From contig CADBRN010000016.1 in the NCBI GenBank assembly GCA_902797025.1, positions 723 through 64,722 of the forward strand: 64,000 nucleotides of DNA, given 5' to 3'. Position 1 is the stretch's first letter; every line of letters starts with the position of its first letter. This document shows, piece after piece, positions 57,729-64,000 of the stretch. Both the position numbers and the translations under genes were made by a program. Source of the DNA: an uncultured Lachnospiraceae bacterium. Its GTDB lineage: Bacteria; Bacillota; Clostridia; Lachnospirales; Lachnospiraceae. The notes below the pieces were generated by a model. The model saw only the letters and a program-made list of their open reading frames with translations. It ran no database searches and was not told where the DNA came from.

Positions 57729-58727
57729 TTATTTATTCGTCCAGAGGCTGTCAAAACGCCTCTGCTCACTCTCTTTTTTATAGTCTTCCAGATATTTGAT
57801 GTAAGGATATTCCGGTTTATATCCAAGTTCTCTTTCGGCCTTGCCGATATCCATGACAAAGCTCGTAAACTGCACATCCATCGGAATCTCCGTTATCTTC
57901 GGATGGGTTCCTTCCGGAGCAAAAACATCGATCATTCCCTGAATCTGTTCACGAAGCGTCGTACGGATGCCGGTTCCCGCATTATAGGTTCCGCCGTCAA
58001 TCTTCGCGAACAGCGCCTGATACATCATCCGGCAGAGATCCTTTACGTACAGAATGTCCTTGAACGCATCCGGATCTCCCCAGAGTTCTATGTCCTTTCC
58101 CTCAGATGCCTGCCGGATCATCCAACGGTAACCGATCTTCTTTTCCTTTCCGTCGACCAGGTAGGTCATACGGGGTGCATACATATAAACGTTCGGAAGG
58201 CGGAAGACAAAATTTTTCACACCATATTCCTGCTTATAATATTCCATCGTATCCACGATCATACACTTCGTGATGGAATAGAAGGCATGATCTCCGGTAT
58301 AAAGGAGCTTTCTTGGAAGATCCGGAGAAAGTACCGCGGTCTTTCCCCAATATCCGGCCTGTTCCGCCCAGGTCTGGGTGTAGAGGACGCGGTCCGCCTG
58401 AACCTTCCGCGCATATTCCATAATGCGAAGACTTCCCTTGATGTTGGTCTCAATGTATGCGAACGGATCATACTTCTTCAAGTAGGCCGGAAGCAGCCCC
58501 GTCAGGTTAATCACCGCATAAATATCATCCGTCGGAAGGTCTGAAAAATCTTCTTCCCTGCATACGTCGACTTTAACCGTCCTGATGCCTTCGTTTTTGT
58601 AAAACCCGAGGTTCTTACGTCCGACTGCGAGGACCTCAAAATCCTCCGGCAGATGTCTCCTGCAGTAATCGGTCAGATACGCGCCGATATATCCGGTCGC
58701 GCCGAAAATCACAATTTTTTTCTTCAT
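57729..58727 (-). CDS. NAD-dependent epimerase/dehydratase (extended SDR)
   Basis: KIVIFGATGYIGAYL Rossmann motif and YSITK (YxxxK). Confidence 0.8.
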   Translation of the reverse strand: MKKKIVIFGATGYIGAYLTDYCRRHLPEDFEVLAVGRKNLGFYKNEGIRTVKVDVCREEDFSDLPTDDIYAVINLTGLLPAYLKKYDPFAYIETNIKGSLRIMEYARKVQADRVLYTQTWAEQAGYWGKTAVLSPDLPRKLLYTGDHAFYSITKCMIVDTMEYYKQEYGVKNFVFRLPNVYMYAPRMTYLVDGKEKKIGYRWMIRQASEGKDIELWGDPDAFKDILYVKDLCRMMYQALFAKIDGGTYNAGTGIRTTLREQIQGMIDVFAPEGTHPKITEIPMDVQFTSFVMDIGKAERELGYKPEYPYIKYLEDYKKESEQRRFDSLWTNK

Positions 58728-58728
58728 A

Positions 58729-59862
58729 TCAGTTTTCCCTGTAGAAATCCGTAACTGCAGTCACAACCGCCCGGCGTTCTTCCTCTTTCAGCCCATAGTA
58801 CATCGGCAGTCTGACGAGGCGTTCACTCTCATTCGTCGTATAAACATCCTCTCCATCGAACCGTCCGAACTTGTACCCGGCCGGTGCGGAATGAAGCGGT
58901 ATATAATGAAATACAAGCTGCACGCCGCGCTCCCTGCAGTAATGAATCAGAGCCGTCCGCTCCTGCAGATCTTTGCACTTTATGTAATACATATGGGCAT
59001 TATGTCCGCATCCATCCGGAACGGTCGGAAGTTCCACCTTCCCGGATGCCTTCAGTTCCTGCAATGATTCATCATAAAAGTTCCATGTCGCCATGCGGTC
59101 CGCTTCTATTTCATCCGCATTCTGCAGCTGTCCCCAAAGGTACGCTGCATTCAGTTCGCTCGGCAGATAACTGTCACCGAAATCGACCCATGTATATTTG
59201 TCAACCTGTCCCCGAAAGAACTTTGCGCGATTTGTTCCTTTCTCCCGGAGGATTTCCGCTTTCTCATTAAATTCCGGGCTGTTGATAACAAGGGCTCCTC
59301 CCTCTCCCATAGAGAAATTTTTCGTCTCATGGAAGGAATAGCACCCGAAATCACCGATTGTGCCAAGATATTTTCCCTTATAGGTACTTGTTACCGCCTG
59401 CGCGGCATCCTCAATAACTTTAAGCCCGTGGCGCCGCGCAATGTCCATGATGGTGTCCATTTCACAAGCGACACCTGCATAGTGGACGCAGCAGATGACC
59501 TTTGTCTTATCCGTGATGGCCTGCTCGATTTTCTTCTCATCAATGTTCATCGTGTCCGGACGGATATCAACAAAAACAAGCTTCGCTCCGCAAAGTACCG
59601 GCGCGTTTGCCGTACTGGAAAATGTGTAGCTCGGCAGTATCACTTCATCCCCGGTTTTTAATCCGCACAATTCAAATGCCATGTCCAGGGCAGTTGACCC
59701 GCTGGTCGTCAGCATGATTTTCTGCGCATGGAACCTTTTCTCCAGCCAGGCATTGCACTTCTTCGTAAACTGCCCGTCACCGCAGATTTTATGCGAATCA
59801 ATTGCCTCTTTTACATACTTCAGTTCATTGCCCACATAAGGGGGCACATTAAAATTAATCAC
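58729..59862 (-). CDS. DegT/WecE-type NDP-4-keto-6-deoxyhexose aminotransferase
   Basis: By my recollection it resembles E. coli WecE along its length: GNELKYVKEAIDSHKICGDGQFTKKC, ILPSYTFSSTANA, VHYAGVACEMDTIM, SFHETKN (PLP Lys) and REKGTNRAKFFRGQVDKYTW. Confidence 0.85.
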   Translation of the reverse strand: MINFNVPPYVGNELKYVKEAIDSHKICGDGQFTKKCNAWLEKRFHAQKIMLTTSGSTALDMAFELCGLKTGDEVILPSYTFSSTANAPVLCGAKLVFVDIRPDTMNIDEKKIEQAITDKTKVICCVHYAGVACEMDTIMDIARRHGLKVIEDAAQAVTSTYKGKYLGTIGDFGCYSFHETKNFSMGEGGALVINSPEFNEKAEILREKGTNRAKFFRGQVDKYTWVDFGDSYLPSELNAAYLWGQLQNADEIEADRMATWNFYDESLQELKASGKVELPTVPDGCGHNAHMYYIKCKDLQERTALIHYCRERGVQLVFHYIPLHSAPAGYKFGRFDGEDVYTTNESERLVRLPMYYGLKEEERRAVVTAVTDFYREN

Positions 59863-59889
59863 GTTCTTCTCCCCGTCAATATATTTTTA

Positions 59890-61236
59890 TTAGTTCATCC
59901 CACTTTGACTCGGCATATAGACATTACAAAATACATAAAGGATCGTATAAACGACCATACCCGTTATCACAATCGACTTCAGCACTTTATGCTCTTCCGC
60001 CGTCTTGATCCCGTTGGCTGTGATCATTGTGAGAGCCGGCAGCAGGCTCATCACATACCGGCCCTGCGGCTGATAATCGGAAGTGTAGGAATACCAGTAT
60101 GACAGAAAAATCGAAAACAGGAACATCAATCCCAATAACACTCCGAAAACTGCCTTCGTCTTTTCTTTCCTTTTTATTACAAATACTGATGATAAAATAC
60201 ACATAATCAGCAAAAATGTAAAGAGGAGAGCATAGCCTCCCCAGACCCATTCATTGACCATAAACTCCATGTAACCGAAGTAACCGATAAAACTGATGAA
60301 TGACTTCTGCCACCATCCCTTATCGTGCAGGAGGTATGTAATGTTTTTCCCCTGTGCCTGAAGAGAGGGGTGCTGCTCCGGCTTGAAATCGGGACGTGCA
60401 TAAAGCCTCTGCGCATTCGCCATGGAGGTGCGTCCAAGCAGATCCCCGTCATAGAGCACCAGATTCCGGATAAAGAAAAATGCGGTGATTCCGATTACGA
60501 TCGCGCAAATCAGTCCCGTCAGCTTCCACATTCTGGATAAATCCTGATTCTTCCCCATCTTTGCAAAAAAAGACACAAAAAATAGCAGGATACTCGCCAA
60601 AATCCATCCGTATCCGAAATAATAGGAAAGTGCGACAATCGAGATACCGGCCGAAAGCAGAATTGAGTTTTTAACATTCCATCCGTCCTGAATACCCTGT
60701 ACCCACGCCAGAAGAATGACCGCCACCCCCAACAAGTTTACGCTGTCCTGATTCACATAGCTTCCCAAAAACGTCACCTGCGGAATCAGGCAGATGATAA
60801 CAAGTGTAAGCCATTTGATGTGCTTTTCAAAAAGTCTGTCCAATGTTCTCGCCAGACAGAACGCCATCCCGCTGATTGATACGACACTGACAAACCTGGC
60901 GGCGACGAGCAGCTTAAATCCGGATTCACCGAAAAAGAACGCGACAACATGCATACAACACGCAGCAGCCAACGGCTCCAGCCAGGTCGGCATAAACGCA
61001 TAAGAAAATCCCCAGATTGCGTTTCTGATGGTCGGATCATCTCCTAAAGGAAACCTGCCGTTTTGGTAAATATACAGCGGCAGGTCGTAACGCATCGCCT
61101 CGTCCGGAGCATAATTGTATGGTTTGGAAATGCTCCAGACAGTCATATAGAAGCCAAGCAGGGCAACAAATAGCAATTCCAGAAAAACCTGATGTTCTGA
61201 AAACCACGCGAAAAGATGATACCTTTTACTTTTCAT
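59890..61236 (-). CDS. GT-C-type polytopic membrane glycosyltransferase candidate (ArnT/PMT/DUF2142-like)
   Basis: 448 aa with at least 10 hydrophobic helices. The first extracytoplasmic loop carries YNYAPDEAMRYDLPLYIYQNGRFP, an acidic D-E pair like GT-C catalytic loops. It is the first gene of the locus. Confidence 0.55.
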   Translation of the reverse strand: MKSKRYHLFAWFSEHQVFLELLFVALLGFYMTVWSISKPYNYAPDEAMRYDLPLYIYQNGRFPLGDDPTIRNAIWGFSYAFMPTWLEPLAAACCMHVVAFFFGESGFKLLVAARFVSVVSISGMAFCLARTLDRLFEKHIKWLTLVIICLIPQVTFLGSYVNQDSVNLLGVAVILLAWVQGIQDGWNVKNSILLSAGISIVALSYYFGYGWILASILLFFVSFFAKMGKNQDLSRMWKLTGLICAIVIGITAFFFIRNLVLYDGDLLGRTSMANAQRLYARPDFKPEQHPSLQAQGKNITYLLHDKGWWQKSFISFIGYFGYMEFMVNEWVWGGYALLFTFLLIMCILSSVFVIKRKEKTKAVFGVLLGLMFLFSIFLSYWYSYTSDYQPQGRYVMSLLPALTMITANGIKTAEEHKVLKSIVITGMVVYTILYVFCNVYMPSQSGMN

Positions 61237-61574
61237 ATCCTAATCGTCCCATAAAATTCGCTCTGACCGCCGGCTCCATAACATCGTACCACGTGTTCTG
61301 TGTCATTACCTTCCCGCTGCCAACACTTTTCAATGATATCAGGCGGCTCAGGCGGCACCCGTCTGCTACTGTATTTTGTAAGTATAACACAAATCTGCAG
61401 GATATGTCCTCTGCACATATCAGAATATAAAACATGATACCACAGCAATACAAACGGAGTCCGATCTGAATGCAGCCCCGCTCCGGCGCGGGAAAGGCAA
61501 GATTCTGATATCCGTACCGGACGGATTCTGATAAGATAAAAGAAAACCGATTGATCAAAAAAGAGGAATCCGCC

Positions 61575-62507
61575 ATGACCGGCACCGTATCTGTTCTTTC
61601 CGTGATTCTCCCCGTGATCGTGATGATCGCGCTCGGTATGCTCGCGAGAAAAAAGCATCTGATCTCACAGAAGGGCATCGATGATATCAAATCCATATTG
61701 ATGAATATCTGCATTCCGGCACTGATGTTCCGGACCTTTTACGCCGCAGACCTCACATCAAAATCCGCGCTGGCCGTCATCCTGATGTTTGCGGTGACCC
61801 TCGCGACGTTCGCCATCGGCCGCCTGTTTCGGAAACTTTTCCGCATCCGATACGAGATGGGGAGCTATCTTTGTACCTCCATCGAGGGCGGAATGCTCGG
61901 ATACGCGCTGTTCACACTGCTGTTCGGCCAGGAAAACCTGTATCATTTCGCGCTTCTGGATCTCGGAAACGCCCTCGTTCTTTTCCCGATCCTGATGACG
62001 CGTCTCCGCCTGCGCACGGAAAACCATGTCTCCGGAAAGGATGTGGCGCGCTCGATGGCTACGCCGGTCAATTTCGCCATCGCGGCCGGAATTCTCATCA
62101 GTGTCACCGGGCTCGGCGGAGTCATCCAGTCCACCGGATCCGGAGCGGTTCTCGACGCCGTTCTGAATTTCGCAGGAGGGCCGACGGGCGCGCTGATTCT
62201 GATCGTCGTCGGATACGGCCTCGCATTTGACCAGGTGCCCTGGCCGGAGACGATCCGTACTGTAATAGCCCGGCTCATCATCTATGGGGCCTTCGGAGTT
62301 CTTGTCGTCCGGATCGTCAGGGTTCTGTTCCCGGGCGACGTCATGTATCTCTACGGTGCCGTGATGGCATTTATCATGCCTCCGTCCTTCGCGTACACGG
62401 TGTACTTCCGTGAAGGAGAAGAAAGCGCCTATGCCGGCGCCGTTCTGGCGGTGTACACGATTTTCACGATCATCGGATTCTGTCTGGTCGCCGCCTCCGC
62501 CCTGTGA
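61575..62507 (+). CDS. AEC (auxin efflux carrier) family transporter
   Basis: About 10 TM helices. The N-terminus VLSVILPVIVMIALGMLARKKHLISQKGIDDIKSILMNICIPALMF is typical of the AEC/MleP-like family. The ATG at 61575 follows AAGAGGAA. Confidence 0.8.
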   Translation: MTGTVSVLSVILPVIVMIALGMLARKKHLISQKGIDDIKSILMNICIPALMFRTFYAADLTSKSALAVILMFAVTLATFAIGRLFRKLFRIRYEMGSYLCTSIEGGMLGYALFTLLFGQENLYHFALLDLGNALVLFPILMTRLRLRTENHVSGKDVARSMATPVNFAIAAGILISVTGLGGVIQSTGSGAVLDAVLNFAGGPTGALILIVVGYGLAFDQVPWPETIRTVIARLIIYGAFGVLVVRIVRVLFPGDVMYLYGAVMAFIMPPSFAYTVYFREGEESAYAGAVLAVYTIFTIIGFCLVAASAL

Positions 62508-62538
62508 CAGGCGTTTTGCGAAATACGCGAAAATCCCC

Positions 62539-62567
62539 TTGACAAGGTTTCGGAATAGACCTAATAT
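62539..62567 (+). promoter_or_regulatory. Candidate sigma-A promoter of rpsT
   Basis: TTGACA-17 nt-TAATAT, about 105 nt upstream of the rpsT start. Confidence 0.55.
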
Positions 62568-62674
62568 AAACAAGTGTCGGCTGCACACTATGTTCCAAGG
62601 GATTCGTGTCTCCCCTTCAGGAACGGGATGCATATCGCAATAGTTCAGTTCATTAAATCGGAGGTGTAATCAGA

Positions 62675-62938
62675 TTGGCTAACATCAAATCTGCAAAAAA
62701 ACGAATCCTTGTCAACGAAAAGAAGGCTGCAAGAAATAAAGCCATCAGATCCGAAGTTAAAACTTCGATCAAGAATGTTGAAGCGGCTGTCGCAGCGGGC
62801 AGCAAAGAAGAGGCTGCTGCAAAACTCACCAAATCAATCTCCGTGATCGAGAAGGCGGGTTCCAAGGGCGTCTATCACAAGAATAACGTCGCAAGAAAGG
62901 TCGCGAGACTGAGCAAAGCTGTAAGTTCCATGGAATAA
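62675..62938 (+). CDS. rpsT: 30S ribosomal protein S20
   Basis: (M)ANIKSAKKRILVNEKKAARNKAIRSEVKT. The TTG start is preceded by GGAGGTG. Confidence 0.9.
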   Translation: MANIKSAKKRILVNEKKAARNKAIRSEVKTSIKNVEAAVAAGSKEEAAAKLTKSISVIEKAGSKGVYHKNNVARKVARLSKAVSSME

Positions 62939-62961
62939 AGCAGCCATCAATCCAGAAAATC

Positions 62962-62997
62962 AGCGGATTCCGGAAAGATTTCCGGGATCCGCTTTTT
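62962..62997. terminator. Bidirectional terminator between rpsT and holA
   Basis: AGCGGATTCCGGAAA-gat-TTCCGGGATCCGCT followed by TTTTTATTTT, with an A-rich 5' flank. Confidence 0.75.
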
Positions 62998-63997
62998 ATT
63001 TTACCGCACTGTACTTCACGATCATCATCTCTACGCTGAGTTCGTCTTTGAGCCTTCCCGTCTTGACGTCCGTTTCCGTCCGGACGAAATCAGCGACCGC
63101 TTCTCTCAGCTCCGATTCCGTATAACTTTTACAGACCGGCATATATTTTCGGAGAGCGAAGGAAGGAATCCCCGCTTTTTTGATAATCACATCGTCCGGC
63201 TCTCCGTCCGCGAGAAGTGCCCGGATCTGATAGAGCCGGTTGAATTCCTGCGCAAGGAGATAGAGAATCCGCATCGGCGGCTCCTTCAGTGCCAGAAGAT
63301 CGTAGTAGAGATCAAGTGCTTCCCTCTGGCGGTGAGTCGAGACAGCGCGAACCATATCAAATACACGGTTCTGGACGCGCTGCGTGCAGATTGCACGGAT
63401 ATCTTCTCCCGTGATCTCATCCCGCCCCATCGTGTAACAGAGAAGCTTCTCCGTCTCATTGCTGATGGTGCTCATATCATCACCGGTCATCTGAAAAAAC
63501 AGCCCGACATCCTCTCTCCGGATTTTCTTATTTTCTTTCTTCAGGCGGGCAAGAAACCAGCGGTGCAGAACATCTTCCGTCTGGCGGACAAACTCCGCCG
63601 CATGGCCGTATTTTTTGACCGCCTTGTAGAGCCTGCTCCGCTTGTCCACGTCGCTCTCCACAAATACCAGCACCAGATAATCCGGCAGATTTTTCATATA
63701 ATCAGCCAGATCCTCCGCCTTTCTTTTAAACAGCCCGCTGTCCTCCGCCAGAATCACACGGCGCGGCGCGAAGAACGGCATCGTCTCCGCCTGAGCGATA
63801 ATCTCCTGTTCATCGCACCCCTGTCCCTCAAAACGGGTCAGATTCATCGTATCCTCCGGTTTTACCAGAGACTGCACCAGCTTGTCGCGGTACGCGTTTT
63901 TGACGTAATCCTCCTCGCCGTAAAGAAGATAAACCTTCTCCCATTTTTTATTCTTAATATCTTCACTGATCCGCTTCATATCCGTCTGCCGCCTCAT
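62996..63997 (-). CDS. holA: DNA polymerase III delta subunit
   Basis: VYLLYGEEDYVKNAYRDKL N-terminus, 333 aa, divergent from rpsT as in Bacillus-type synteny. Confidence 0.85.
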   Translation of the reverse strand: MRRQTDMKRISEDIKNKKWEKVYLLYGEEDYVKNAYRDKLVQSLVKPEDTMNLTRFEGQGCDEQEIIAQAETMPFFAPRRVILAEDSGLFKRKAEDLADYMKNLPDYLVLVFVESDVDKRSRLYKAVKKYGHAAEFVRQTEDVLHRWFLARLKKENKKIRREDVGLFFQMTGDDMSTISNETEKLLCYTMGRDEITGEDIRAICTQRVQNRVFDMVRAVSTHRQREALDLYYDLLALKEPPMRILYLLAQEFNRLYQIRALLADGEPDDVIIKKAGIPSFALRKYMPVCKSYTESELREAVADFVRTETDVKTGRLKDELSVEMMIVKYSAVK

Positions 63998-64000
63998 TTA

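Noticed and set aside
61226-61714. Track ORFs 61226-61714 and 61233-61658 (minus strand) in the divergent intergenic region.
   Set aside because: They have no SD and an odd composition, they overlap each other in different frames, and they run into the start of the AEC transporter gene. I treat them as non-coding.
1-64000. CRISPR arrays, tRNA/rRNA genes, IS elements, integrases, prophage or known defence-system genes.
   Set aside because: I saw no regularly spaced repeats, no cloverleaf-like sequences in intergenic gaps, and no transposase, recombinase, nuclease or helicase signatures beyond the housekeeping recD2 and uvrA. This is visual inspection only.

Overview
This 64 kb window looks like chromosomal DNA from a high-GC, Clostridia-like Firmicute. 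That is an inference from GGAGG-type ribosome-binding sites, iorAB-paaK, glnA followed by an ANTAR regulator, cdaA-cdaR, lepA-hemW and holA/rpsT synteny. I call 52 protein-coding genes, 44 of them on the minus strand, mostly tightly packed or translationally coupled. I saw no rRNA, tRNA, CRISPR array, transposase, integrase or prophage gene.

Main blocks:
- 1-3.2 kb: paaK-iorB-iorA aromatic 2-oxoacid module.
- 3.4-6.3 kb: pncB and a MetY-like PLP enzyme.
- 6.4-13.1 kb: polysaccharide locus with two GT4 enzymes, a DUF4422 protein, a pyruvyl transferase, a Wzx-like flippase and a FrhB-like FeS protein.
- 13.3-17.4 kb: solitary DinJ/RelB-like antitoxin, CYTH protein, dinB, mgtE and an HPr.
- 17.5-31.4 kb: glutamine/nitrogen cluster (gltD, gltB, ANTAR regulator, glnA, pyrG, purF, asnB). 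Four of its leaders contain terminator-like hairpins.
- 31.5-35.7 kb: three-gene operon of unknown function (VWA/DUF2201-like protein, MoxR-type AAA+ ATPase, cytoplasmic BspA-type LRR protein).
- 36.6-48.7 kb: envelope and signalling genes (CDF transporter, HtrA, LCP, HPr-like gene, cdaR, cdaA, two unknown membrane proteins, comFC, recD2, mreB).
- 48.8-54.7 kb: uvrA, hemW, lepA.
- 54.8-61.2 kb: visibly AT-richer, Arn-like lipid-carrier amino-sugar decoration locus with an added ATP-grasp ligase.
- 61.6-64.0 kb: AEC transporter, rpsT, holA.

The best candidates for undescribed biology are the VWA/AAA+/LRR operon, the Arn-like locus with the ATP-grasp ligase, and the attenuator-rich glutamine cluster with its ANTAR regulator. 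All functional calls come from reading motifs by eye; no database search was run.
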